Shown one piece after another: positions 17,520-26,485 of a stretch of DNA of 57,668 bases (position 1 is the first letter of the stretch; the number at the start of each line of letters is the position of its first letter). The notes beneath the pieces are model-generated. The model ran no database searches, was not told the origin of the DNA, and saw only the letters and a program-made list of their open reading frames with translations. Origin of the DNA: a virus. Lineage: Duplodnaviria > Caudoviricetes. Position numbers and translations under genes: made by a program. Location: positions 1 through 57,668 of IMG/VR virus record IMGVR_UViG_3300035703_000107. One strand, 5' to 3'.

Positions 17520-17839
17520 AACGCACATGGGAATTAGCGTTCAGCGAGACTGCTTACTTCGGCAATCTACCGAGACTCATCAACATCCTGCGTGACTGGG
17601 AATACGAAGTAGACACCACAAGCAATCAAGATGGAGACTGCGATTACATCTACGAAATCTATGACAACAACAGCGATTGTATCTGGGCAGAAGGCGATGG
17701 CATTGCAAGTCTACGTCATGCCCTTGCAAGCAGTTGCGTTAGTTATCTAGACCAAGTGTTTGGTAAGGGTAAACCCCAAGTCATCGTTGGCGATGCAGTG
17801 AAGGTTCCGTTTCCGCGGTCTTCACATGTCAGAAGTTAA
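17516..17839 (+). CDS. Early hypothetical protein (acidic core)
   Basis: AGGAGG RBS; ATGA coupling. Confidence 0.7.
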   Translation: MKRTWELAFSETAYFGNLPRLINILRDWEYEVDTTSNQDGDCDYIYEIYDNNSDCIWAEGDGIASLRHALASSCVSYLDQVFGKGKPQVIVGDAVKVPFPRSSHVRS

Positions 17840-18008
17840 CAGTGTGCCTGCTATATGTGCACAGTTAACCTCAGTTTATTAGTTAGTGTAACACAAGTGT
17901 TCGCTACTAATACACATCGCTTGTTATTCAACCATCGTCGCCCGCCCTTCTTCCCTTCGGGAAGGGCGTTCGACTTCTCTTTCTTTCAACCATTACTAAG
18001 GAGCAACT

Positions 18009-19502
18009 ATGAGTCATAGCATGTATTTGTATGCACGTAGGCGCGTCTATGGATCAGAGCTAGGTAGGTCTGAGTTCATACGCACTTTCGTGAAGCGACT
18101 GCTGAAGTCTGTCGCTCGCTCTACAGGTGGCAGGATTCATACGAATCGCTGGCTGCGCCTGATCCAAGAGCTGGCTGCTGCTCATATCGAAGATGGCAAG
18201 GGCCGTGAGTTCATCTCAGATGTTCTCAGCCTTGTATCTCAGTATGAGCGGACGCACCCGATGACAGTAGCTCGCATCAATCTGATGTGCGACATCATCG
18301 TCCAGCGTGTGTTTGTCTCTGGTGAAGAGCGTGACTACGGTTACATCCTGCAGATGCACCAAGTCGCCTTCGATGCCAACAACGATTCAAGCTGGATCGA
18401 GAACGTGTCTAGCAGGATGGGTATCTATCGTGCTGACTGCGGTCATTACTCGGAACGCAGGTATACCTACATCGGTGACCAAGATTCAGTCGAACATCAC
18501 TCCACTGTCTGCCATCAATGTCGGGAACAAGACGTGTCTGCTGGCATCCGACAAGAGATGTTGCATGGTGAGTACATCCTGTCTGCTTTCGCAGTCGAGT
18601 ACACCGACGAGAGTAACCGTCGGCGCGTGGGTGACCGTCGTGCCAACTACCTACGTCAGCACAATGGTCGCTGGGTTCACATCCACTGGTCTCCGTATGC
18701 CAACCTGGTCGATAGCTACCACAGCTCCCGCAGCAAAGGCTTTCATGTAATCGATAGCCCGTGGTTCAGGTCGCATCGTCGTGCCTTTGGCTGCGAGCTC
18801 GAAGTTCAGGTGACCAGCAGTAACACTCCAGTCAACACCGCAGCTGGCAAGGTTCACGATGTCCTGAATCCTAGCGGTAACGTAGGTGAGTACTGCTACT
18901 TCGAGCGTGACGGCTCGATCGGTCATGGCTTCGAGCTGATTACCCAGCCTGCTGGCCTTGACATGCATCGTGAGAAGTTCGCTTTGTTCTTGAACAACCC
19001 TGATCTCAAGCGTGGTCTGAGATCGCACGAGGGTGGCAGCTGTGGCTTCCATGTGCACGTCGGTCGTCAGTACCTGACGCAAGCTCAGATCTACCGTGTT
19101 CAGTCTTTCCTGAACGATGTCCGTAACGAGGGCTTGATCAGGATGATTGCTCGCAGGTATGGGGCTGGTTACTGCCGAGTCAAGGCAGAGATGGCTAAGT
19201 TCACAGCGCATGGCAAGCACAGCTCAGATCGCTACGAGATGCTGAACGTATCCAACGATCACACGGTGGAGTTCAGGATCTTCCGCGGTTCCCTGCGGTA
19301 TGAGTCGATCGCCGCTGCGCTGGAGTTCTGCAATGCGTTGCTGACGTTCTGTCAGCCAGGTGAGGTTGCCTTCAACCAGTTCAATGCAGTCGGCTTCCGT
19401 CAGTTCATCACGAGGATTGATATGCGCTCGGACACCAAGTTCCTGCGTGCATACCTCAATGTGGATGCGGACACCGACGGAGAGAGGAGTAGAGCAGCAT
19501 GA
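18009..19502 (+). CDS. Putative amidoligase (COOH-NH2 ligase, glutamine-synthetase-like fold)
   Basis: FGCELEV, ERDGSI..GFELIT, CGFHVHV, DRY..LN, TVEFRIFRGSL; Cys/His-containing N-terminal half. Confidence 0.85.
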   Translation: MSHSMYLYARRRVYGSELGRSEFIRTFVKRLLKSVARSTGGRIHTNRWLRLIQELAAAHIEDGKGREFISDVLSLVSQYERTHPMTVARINLMCDIIVQRVFVSGEERDYGYILQMHQVAFDANNDSSWIENVSSRMGIYRADCGHYSERRYTYIGDQDSVEHHSTVCHQCREQDVSAGIRQEMLHGEYILSAFAVEYTDESNRRRVGDRRANYLRQHNGRWVHIHWSPYANLVDSYHSSRSKGFHVIDSPWFRSHRRAFGCELEVQVTSSNTPVNTAAGKVHDVLNPSGNVGEYCYFERDGSIGHGFELITQPAGLDMHREKFALFLNNPDLKRGLRSHEGGSCGFHVHVGRQYLTQAQIYRVQSFLNDVRNEGLIRMIARRYGAGYCRVKAEMAKFTAHGKHSSDRYEMLNVSNDHTVEFRIFRGSLRYESIAAALEFCNALLTFCQPGEVAFNQFNAVGFRQFITRIDMRSDTKFLRAYLNVDADTDGERSRAA

Positions 19503-19615
19503 TTCGCATCACAACCAGCAACAAAGTTTGGTCTGACCTAACTGAGCTCGAGGCAAGCACCTTGATCTCGTGTCTCGTGGTCAACAATATTCATTTCATT
19601 GCAGTATATCAATAG
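19499..19615 (+). CDS. 38-aa micro-ORF between amidoligase and GATase
   Basis: ATGA overlap, AGGAG upstream; MIRITTSNKVWSDLTELEASTLISCLVVNNIHFIAVYQ. Confidence 0.5.
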   Translation: MIRITTSNKVWSDLTELEASTLISCLVVNNIHFIAVYQ

Positions 19616-19625
19616 GAGAAATACT

Positions 19626-20690
19626 ATGTGCATTCTGATTCATCACCCTGCGGGTTCGGAGCTGACCGACGATCACTTCGCGGACTTCTACGACAAGAAC
19701 CCCGATGGCTTTGGCGCCATCATCAACACTGGCCGCAAGGTCGACGTGATCAAGCGTGTCGGTAGCCTGCGCGAGATCCAGCAGCTGTATCACAAGTTCG
19801 TCAAGGGTCACGACGCTGTGATCCACATGCGTTGGCGCACCCACGGTGACGTTGACCTGGCCAACTGCCATCCATATGAGGTGGTTCCTGGTCTATGGAT
19901 GTCGCACAACGGTGTCCTGTCTACGGGCAACTCCGCGGATACCACCAAGTCGGACACCTGGCATTACATCAAGGATTACCTGCAGCCCTTGCTTGCCCGT
20001 GATCCCGAGCTGATCCATGAGCCTGCCTTTCAGACTCTGATCGAGCGGCATATCGGATACAGCAACAAGTTTGGTTTCATGTCATCCGATGGTCGGTCTG
20101 TGATCATCAACCGTGACGCTGGCCTCGAGCATGATGGCATCTGGTATTCCAATACCTATGCTTGGTCGCCTACCAAGTTTGGCTACAAGTATCCTGGTGC
20201 TAGCACGACTGGCTACCACTATGGCTCGTCGCCTACCTGGGCTGCGTGGAATTCGATGGACAACACGGCTCAGCGCCAGCTCGCATGGGGTCAAGATCCC
20301 GTGGGAAAAACGGTGTCCAAGCGTGGGAAGAAGGCGAAGAAGAAGACAGTCGCCAAGAAGAAAGCAAATCTCTCTGCTCCGCTTGGACGACTAGCTACTG
20401 ATGGCTTGGCTCGCATCATCCGTAAGTTGTGGAACGAGATGATGAGCGATGACTACAACGGTGTGCTTCGCTGGGTTGAAGGCAACCCAATGCAGGCGAT
20501 GCACTTCATCAAGGAGATCTTCCCGACCTATTCGGATCAAGAGATCTCTGACATGGTGAACATGGATCCCGCTGCTGCAACTGAAGTGATCTATGACGCA
20601 TGGGATGTAGCCGAGCCTGACTTGCTAGAACTAGCGGGCATCCCTCTGTACCAAGATGCTTATGTGGAGGAGGATGCAAATGCTATTTGA
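19626..20690 (+). CDS. Class II glutamine amidotransferase (Ntn hydrolase)
   Basis: True start MCILI (Cys nucleophile) after AGGAG; NPDGFG, HMRWRTHG, NCHPY, HNG, SDT. Confidence 0.9.
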   Translation: MCILIHHPAGSELTDDHFADFYDKNPDGFGAIINTGRKVDVIKRVGSLREIQQLYHKFVKGHDAVIHMRWRTHGDVDLANCHPYEVVPGLWMSHNGVLSTGNSADTTKSDTWHYIKDYLQPLLARDPELIHEPAFQTLIERHIGYSNKFGFMSSDGRSVIINRDAGLEHDGIWYSNTYAWSPTKFGYKYPGASTTGYHYGSSPTWAAWNSMDNTAQRQLAWGQDPVGKTVSKRGKKAKKKTVAKKKANLSAPLGRLATDGLARIIRKLWNEMMSDDYNGVLRWVEGNPMQAMHFIKEIFPTYSDQEISDMVNMDPAAATEVIYDAWDVAEPDLLELAGIPLYQDAYVEEDANAI

Positions 20691-21000
20691 TAAACGATGC
20701 ACTGAAGGAGTCAAGAGCAACGCAGAAAACAACTACGAGTACAAGGAGTTCTCTCGTGCTGTAATCCTCAAAGGCGGTAACGATACGATCGACATCTGTT
20801 ATGACACTCATAAGTTCTCTAGTATTCCACGGGAAGCTTATGAGAACGAGATGAGATCGCATCAACTAGCACTGAGTAGCAATGGTATATACGGGTTTGC
20901 CAAGTACCACGTATATGCCATGATGTACGAACAAAACTTGGTAAAACCATTTATTAACTTTGCAAAAACGAAAGGGTATTCCTGTGTCTACACCAACTAA
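20680..21000 (+). CDS. Hypothetical protein
   Basis: GGAGGAGG RBS. Confidence 0.65.
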   Translation: MLFDKRCTEGVKSNAENNYEYKEFSRAVILKGGNDTIDICYDTHKFSSIPREAYENEMRSHQLALSSNGIYGFAKYHVYAMMYEQNLVKPFINFAKTKGYSCVYTN

Positions 21001-21298
21001 AAAACAACTCGCTGAACTAGTACGCTCTGCTAAGGCTGAGCGCAAGCAACTGCTCGAGCAAGTCAAGTTCCTCGATGACATCATCGCCTTGTCAGGTGAA
21101 GAGATCACCGTGAGAGCGAAGCCTCAGCTCAGCAAGACGCATAGCACCAAGAAGAAACATGCTTGGTCTATCTCTGCGAAGCGTCGCTTCAAGGAGAAGT
21201 GCAACACGCCTGAGATGAAGAAGAAGTATTCCCAGGCGCAGCGTGCACGGCGTGCTCGTGAGCGGTTGCATCAACCTCAAACGTCGTTGTCCATCTAA
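20984..21298 (+). CDS. Basic hypothetical protein (possibly DNA-binding)
   Basis: Coiled-coil N-terminus; Lys/Arg-rich C-terminus. Confidence 0.6.
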   Translation: MSTPTKKQLAELVRSAKAERKQLLEQVKFLDDIIALSGEEITVRAKPQLSKTHSTKKKHAWSISAKRRFKEKCNTPEMKKKYSQAQRARRARERLHQPQTSLSI

Positions 21299-21360
21299 CT
21301 CAGTAAGGGTTGCTATGCCTGTGCGTAGCAGCCCTGCTGATAACCTAAAAGGAAAACATC

Positions 21361-21669
21361 ATGTATCGCAATACATTTATCGTTGTCGTTCTGTTCTGCG
21401 TATTTGCTCTGCTCAACGTGGCTCGAGCTGACACCGTTGCCACACTGAAGAATCAAGGTGGCGGTCAGATCGTGCTGACTGACATCAAGTGCAGAACAAT
21501 GTCAGGCATGGTCGCTTACGGCACCCATCCTAACAACTCAACCTTGTTCGGTTGCTGGTTCTTGGATGACATCTTTGTTCACATCACATGGAGTGATGGT
21601 GACACACGCTCTTACCCTCGCACTGCTGGCTGGTATTTCCCCAATGCCAAACCCAAAGCTGACATGTAA
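21361..21669 (+). CDS. Exported hypothetical protein
   Basis: Signal peptide ending ARA-D; NQGGGQIVLT...GCW. Confidence 0.7.
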   Translation: MYRNTFIVVVLFCVFALLNVARADTVATLKNQGGGQIVLTDIKCRTMSGMVAYGTHPNNSTLFGCWFLDDIFVHITWSDGDTRSYPRTAGWYFPNAKPKADM

Positions 21670-21698
21670 AAAAAAGCCCGAGGTTATTAGCCTCGGGC
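21668..21698 (-). terminator. Intrinsic terminator of the leftward replication operon
   Basis: GCCCGAGG/CCTCGGGC stem with an 8-nt T run on the minus strand, between convergent genes. Confidence 0.8.
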
Positions 21699-21759
21699 AA
21701 GCTCCATTGTTTGGAGAAGGGTATACAGTCGGGGAAGTGACTGTATATCCATTATGCTC

Positions 21760-22248
21760 CTAGGTACTGTGCAGATATGGATCTGTTTCCAACCACTGCC
21801 ACAGTCCATCCATCAAACGATCCTGAATCGGAGCCAGGATCTCTGCTATAGCTCTTCGGAGCTTCCATGCTTTGTGCTGCGAGATACCTGCTATCTCAGA
21901 AGAATCTCTTATACTTCTACCTAACAGCACATTCCTCAACTCTAGTTTGTTTAAACCAAATCGGGCTAATTGCCCTCTGTGCTTACGCACAATTAGGTTT
22001 GCCGCCAGTTTGCGTTCCCGCATATTGCCGTACAAGTAGAACGCATAGATCTGCTCATCCTCAGGACGACGACTCAGGAAGCTGAACAACATTCCAACCT
22101 GAGCGTGCATGTCATACTGAGTCAGCCGATCGCTCGAGTGTTCGTTGTCCACCTTGTTTGCTAGGTTCGTAGCTGAGGGGATAGTGATGATGCTGGTATC
22201 CCTCATGCGGAATGCAAATCTCAGGGCGTGCTCAGGTGACTTAAACAT
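21760..22248 (-). CDS. Possible late-gene regulator (Q-like position)
   Basis: MFKS.EHALRFAF start, C-terminal HTH-like SIRDSSEIAGIS; last gene of the replication operon. Confidence 0.45.
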   Translation of the reverse strand: MFKSPEHALRFAFRMRDTSIITIPSATNLANKVDNEHSSDRLTQYDMHAQVGMLFSFLSRRPEDEQIYAFYLYGNMRERKLAANLIVRKHRGQLARFGLNKLELRNVLLGRSIRDSSEIAGISQHKAWKLRRAIAEILAPIQDRLMDGLWQWLETDPYLHST

Positions 22249-22690
22249 TCTCGAGCTCCTGACCTGAGATGATCAAGGCATCCAGCCTGGCGTGCATCAC
22301 AATTATCTCAGCAAATAACTGTAGCGACATCTCTACTGTGTATTCGTATTCGTCGCCTTTAATCAATCCCACATCTGACATTCTGACTACGACCCTCCAG
22401 GGTCTACGGTCTTGGCGAAAGGCGAGCGCAGGCCGTGCCGCATATTTCCGTGCTTGCTCAGTTGCCTGTTGCCAGAACCTTTCCAGATCTGCAGGTAACA
22501 CCTCAGCGTACCGCTTCACCTCAAGTGCCCAGCCATCGAGACCGAGGATGTCATGTCCTCCATCTCTGGTCTGATCCAGATTGCGCGTGAGCTCAGAAGT
22601 CAACTCAGGTGGCAACAGCACCTTGAGTTCATTTATGAGTTCCCGTTCACCAGCCTTGCCTTTAGCTCGGCTATTTATTTTCCCCATCAC
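22241..22690 (-). CDS. Holliday junction resolvase (Hjc-like PD-(D/E)XK)
   Basis: SRAKGK.GERE...GGHDI...ALEVKR...W.QA. Confidence 0.8.
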   Translation of the reverse strand: MMGKINSRAKGKAGERELINELKVLLPPELTSELTRNLDQTRDGGHDILGLDGWALEVKRYAEVLPADLERFWQQATEQARKYAARPALAFRQDRRPWRVVVRMSDVGLIKGDEYEYTVEMSLQLFAEIIVMHARLDALIISGQELENV

Positions 22691-23024
22691 TCCCCCAATT
22701 TAAGATTGTGTCGCCGCGCATCACACGGTTCCAATACTTGCTGACATCAGATACCCCGATCACCTCAGGTTCTTTCTGCCTGTTCACCCACACCACAAAC
22801 CTAGTCTCGGGGTGTTCGCATCTACCCTCTCTCATCATCTTTGCCTTGTGCTCAGGCGAACAGTCCAAGCAATAGCCGTTATCCGTAGGGCTATCAGCCT
22901 GCCTCATCAACCATATGTACTGTCGATACTGAATGGCATTATCAAAACAATCGGGGTGAGATTCCCCGTACTTCCCACTCAAGATCTTGCGTGGATCTTT
23001 CCAGTCAATCTTCTTATGTGCCAT
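22671..23024 (-). CDS. Cys-containing hypothetical protein
   Basis: PDCF...YCLDC......M...GRCEHP. Confidence 0.65.
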   Translation of the reverse strand: MAHKKIDWKDPRKILSGKYGESHPDCFDNAIQYRQYIWLMRQADSPTDNGYCLDCSPEHKAKMMREGRCEHPETRFVVWVNRQKEPEVIGVSDVSKYWNRVMRGDTILNWGSDGENK

Positions 23025-23352
23025 ACACCTTTCTCTCTTGGCGTTCATCCGCTCTGATTGTTCTCCATACCTCGAGCTGCATCTCATCAGCCTTCATGTC
23101 ATATCTCAGGCGTTCCTCCGCCTCCACTGCAGCTTGAAGACCTGTAAGAAGCTGCTGATAGTCCTCAGATGCAAAAGCCTCACGCTCTTGCGCGGCTGCG
23201 GTCTTGAACCCAGCCTTGTCAGCTTGGCGCATGAGTATCGCGAACTTGCTCTTCTTAAATTCCTCGATATAAGTGCGATGTGCCTTCGCCCTAGCGTACT
23301 CAAACGCTTTCTCACGATAGTCATTCAATAACTCCTCAACGTTTCTTTCCAC
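23014..23352 (-). CDS. Conserved helical phage protein
   Basis: AKA.R.Y.EE..KS..A...AAQEREA...Y...EVWRT..A.ER. Confidence 0.7.
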   Translation of the reverse strand: MERNVEELLNDYREKAFEYARAKAHRTYIEEFKKSKFAILMRQADKAGFKTAAAQEREAFASEDYQQLLTGLQAAVEAEERLRYDMKADEMQLEVWRTIRADERQERKVYGT

Positions 23353-23845
23353 TTGTCACCCTCGCTTTCTTGGCTACACGTTTCTTAGGTGCAGTCTTTA
23401 GCTCCACCACATCCAGGCCTACCCCACACTCAGTGCAATAGGTACATGCAATCTCAGCTGCTCTGATTGCATCAGCTCCCATTGCCAGGGCCCCGATCGC
23501 CAGGTCTCGACCTGAACCTGAGGCATAGAAGGCATCTTCGAATACGATGGGGAATGGAACAAACTCGTACTTGTGCACCACACCCTGAGGTGAGATGGCA
23601 ATCATGTGCGCTGCGAACCCGTCTTCCTTCTGCAACGCATGAGGAAACTTATTGGGATCCGCGCCCGCTTCGAACCAGCCAGTCATCATGTTGCACTGAG
23701 CTGTTGCACCAGCCGCTCCGACCAGCCAGCCTTTGTGTTTACCTGAGGTGATCTTGCGAACCTTAGTCACTGTCTGGAGGATGCCTCCCTCAGTGGCCTG
23801 CTTGTCCCCGACCAACTTCTTCCCATCCCAAACAATCACCGTCAT
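23336..23845 (-). CDS. HslV/proteasome-beta-like Ntn peptidase
   Basis: N-terminal Thr (MTVI), D.Q.T...K, GAAG, ASGSG...A.GAL.MG. Confidence 0.75.
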   Translation of the reverse strand: MTVIVWDGKKLVGDKQATEGGILQTVTKVRKITSGKHKGWLVGAAGATAQCNMMTGWFEAGADPNKFPHALQKEDGFAAHMIAISPQGVVHKYEFVPFPIVFEDAFYASGSGRDLAIGALAMGADAIRAAEIACTYCTECGVGLDVVELKTAPKKRVAKKARVTSGKKR

Positions 23846-24141
23846 CTAGTTCCTTTAACTTGAATTAAACCAAGATCCCACAGTTTCATATAAGTCCTAC
23901 TAATAGCTTCGAGTATAAACGCACGTCGTTGTTCTCGTGACATGGAATTCCCTTGATCCAGTTCCGTGTGACACATCATGCATAGCCAAGCCATCATGCC
24001 GTCATGCGCTTTGTGACTCTTGCCTTTGCCATGCTCAAGCAGATTGCTATGCGCTGCGACGATCGTCCCGTCCTCACATCCACACATTACACACGCCTGA
24101 CCTCGAGCCAGGGCGAGGAGCTTGGGAGATCTGAATGTCAT
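23842..24141 (-). CDS. DUF1364-like Zn-binding putative nuclease
   Basis: FRS.KLL..ARGQ.C..C...V.AHSN..HGKG...KA.D....LC..CH..LD. Confidence 0.75.
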   Translation of the reverse strand: MTFRSPKLLALARGQACVMCGCEDGTIVAAHSNLLEHGKGKSHKAHDGMMAWLCMMCHTELDQGNSMSREQRRAFILEAISRTYMKLWDLGLIQVKGTR

Positions 24142-24353
24142 TGGCGCTGGTTGTGTTTTTGGTTATCGATCATGAAGAGAAGCTCGTCCTCTTCCTCAGG
24201 TGTCATCGGCCTACCATTCTCGGCCAGCTCTCCAGATTCATGCAGCCGATGGATCTCAGCCACGATCTCAGCCAACTCCTCAGGAGTGCCCTCGAAACTA
24301 TCGAAGCAGCCTTCTGCAAAGACCAGCTTCAGATCATCCTTCTTCTCTGTCAT
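24138..24353 (-). CDS. Acidic hypothetical protein
   Basis: FAEGCFDSFEGTPEEL motif; coupled to neighbours. Confidence 0.7.
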   Translation of the reverse strand: MTEKKDDLKLVFAEGCFDSFEGTPEELAEIVAEIHRLHESGELAENGRPMTPEEEDELLFMIDNQKHNQRQ

Positions 24354-24525
24354 CTTTCACCTCAATCATCTCAGTCCAATTAGCAGGATCACCGCACCTC
24401 CTGAGGTAGTCCTTGCCCCCGTCCACTGCAACCGACTCACACTTGCACCACACAAAGTCATGGCGGTGCTTGCTCTCAATGATGTCTCCGCAAATACGGC
24501 AAGCGATCCTGTTGTGAATAATCAT
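24334..24525 (-). CDS. Small Zn-finger protein
   Basis: C..CGDIIES..RHDF..C.C..VAVDGG.DY.RR. Confidence 0.75.
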   Translation of the reverse strand: MIIHNRIACRICGDIIESKHRHDFVWCKCESVAVDGGKDYLRRCGDPANWTEMIEVKDDREEG

Positions 24526-24794
24526 TGATCACTCGCTTTCTTTAATCCTTCAGCATACCCAATCTCATACCCGCTTTGGTGTGCCATAGCCTCGTGGTGA
24601 CTGCATTTATCCAATTGGTTTTCCAACTCCGCTATGCGATCTGCTTGTTTGCGTAGCGTTGCTTGTGCTCTTATAGACCATTCACCACCTGCCAATAATT
24701 CATCTGCTAGTTCGTATGCTTCCCCGCGCTTTTTTGCAAACGCTTCTGCCTCTTCCAACGAGCACAATTTGTATTCATCGTTTAGCAAGTTCAT
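24522..24794 (-). CDS. Hypothetical protein
   Basis: ATGA overlap with the primase-helicase stop. Confidence 0.6.
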   Translation of the reverse strand: MNLLNDEYKLCSLEEAEAFAKKRGEAYELADELLAGGEWSIRAQATLRKQADRIAELENQLDKCSHHEAMAHQSGYEIGYAEGLKKASDQ

Positions 24795-26485
24795 CTGATG
24801 TACACCCCCGTGGATTCTGGAATCCTGAACTGACCTGAGTCCTTGTCCCATTCCAGCTTGGTCATGCCCAGTTGACCCAGCCACCTGGATCTAATCTTCT
24901 GGATGTGCACCTCAGAGTAGGCATACGGATCACCCTTGTCCCGATGCACAGCGATGATGTTGTCTGCCTTGTTGAAGAAGTGAGCTGAACCCGCTACGTC
25001 ATAGCCTGTGGGTACGGGGTACTTGCCATCCAATCCCTTCTGCAGTTTGGTGGGATGCGCCACCAACCAGATGTGCACGTCGAACTGACGCGCAAAGCCA
25101 CGCACTCTCGCCAAGAAGTCTGAGATGTACTCCGTCTCAGATATGCCTTCTTTCCGATGGGTGTGGGTAATCTCGTTGTATGGATCAATGATCAATCCCT
25201 TCATGCCATACCGCTTGACCAAGACCTTGGCTTTCGCCAACACAGATTCAAGGGTGCGATCTTCCTCAGGCAAGATGAACTTGAAGAAAGCATTCACCCA
25301 TTCCGCGGACTCCTCGTACTCATCCTTGCTCATCTTGTTCATGCGCTTGCCGATGTACTTCTCCATGAACTTGGTGACGTGATAGGAAACAGGCTGGTTC
25401 TCAGGTGAACACACACCGAATACCCAGCTGTGCTTCTTCGTAAGATTCATGGTGAGGGCATCAAGCCACTCAGATTTACCCATGCCAGGAACACCAGTCA
25501 CGAGCGTCCACTGACCAGGCGAAGGGCGGTAGAACTGATCGACGTTCTCCCAGCCAGTCTCGATACCTTCAGGCAAGCCGTGTTCGTAGATGAGATCGAG
25601 CTCCGATCGGAAGTCCTCGAGCTGGAACACACCATCAACGGGGTAGGGTTTGGCGAACTGAATGATCTCCTTGAGAACCTCAGTGCCGTGCTTCAACAGA
25701 ACTTCGTTGGCGTCCTTACATCCCTCAGGCCACTCAACCCGATAGCATCTTTCCTTGCCGAGCCTACGAGCGAGCTCCTCCTCGAGCCGCTTGCCAGGTG
25801 CGTCGTTGTCTACGGCCAGTACAAATTTCTCCACGGCTTCGATGCGAGGGTCTTCAACGTCGATGTACGTGAACTTGTTCTCGAGGTTTTTAGCAGTAGG
25901 AGTAGGCGCACCATCAGGAACACTAATAGCGTGACGCAAGCCAGCAACTTCAAGGGACAGGGCATCGAACTCACCTTCCGTAATGATGGTGCACTTGGGA
26001 TCAATGTCGTCGTACTTGTACCAGCACTTCTCAGCGCCACCTTCTTGGGTAAAGTTCTTGGCGCCATCCCGATACTTCACATTGACGACGACGCCTTCAC
26101 GGATGAAAGGGAATGCCATGCACCGCTTCTCTTCCTCAACCTGAGGGAAGTAGTGGGTTGTCATGGTGATCTGGTTGCGAGCTGCAACCTCATGTGTGAT
26201 TCCGCGGGAGGCCAGGAAGTCCAGCGACTTCTGCTCGAGAGGTGCGGAGTGAAACTCAGGACGGCGATACTCTTTCCTAGGCGTGATCGGCCTCATGTAA
26301 TTTCCTTTTTTGATTGAGCCAGACCAACCGCAATGCCAGCAGTTGTATACGCCAAGATCGATGTTGACGTTAAGGCAGGGATACGATTTCTTTTTGCGGG
26401 AATGGGAACACTGAGGACAACGGGTCTTGATCTCTCCGTGAGAGTGACCCTTGATGTCAATACCCAGTTCGTGCCAGTTTCCCAT
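24791..26485 (-). CDS. Primase-helicase (T7 gp4/Twinkle-like)
   Basis: Zn finger CPQC...CWHC, TOPRIM ITEGEFD/DND/KDAN, Walker A GVPGMGKS, IIDPYN, LVAHP. Confidence 0.93.
   Translation of the reverse strand: MGNWHELGIDIKGHSHGEIKTRCPQCSHSRKKKSYPCLNVNIDLGVYNCWHCGWSGSIKKGNYMRPITPRKEYRRPEFHSAPLEQKSLDFLASRGITHEVAARNQITMTTHYFPQVEEEKRCMAFPFIREGVVVNVKYRDGAKNFTQEGGAEKCWYKYDDIDPKCTIITEGEFDALSLEVAGLRHAISVPDGAPTPTAKNLENKFTYIDVEDPRIEAVEKFVLAVDNDAPGKRLEEELARRLGKERCYRVEWPEGCKDANEVLLKHGTEVLKEIIQFAKPYPVDGVFQLEDFRSELDLIYEHGLPEGIETGWENVDQFYRPSPGQWTLVTGVPGMGKSEWLDALTMNLTKKHSWVFGVCSPENQPVSYHVTKFMEKYIGKRMNKMSKDEYEESAEWVNAFFKFILPEEDRTLESVLAKAKVLVKRYGMKGLIIDPYNEITHTHRKEGISETEYISDFLARVRGFARQFDVHIWLVAHPTKLQKGLDGKYPVPTGYDVAGSAHFFNKADNIIAVHRDKGDPYAYSEVHIQKIRSRWLGQLGMTKLEWDKDSGQFRIPESTGVYIR

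Noticed and set aside
24334-24525. VDGG as another copy of the ADGG tag
   Set aside because: Part of a Zn-finger family motif (VAVDGG) and does not fit [YMF]ADGG
25430-26317. 295-aa plus-strand ORF and similar long antisense ORFs (18651..19220, 27691..28248, 43633..44271)
   Set aside because: They shadow well-supported genes on the opposite strand and show no recognisable motifs
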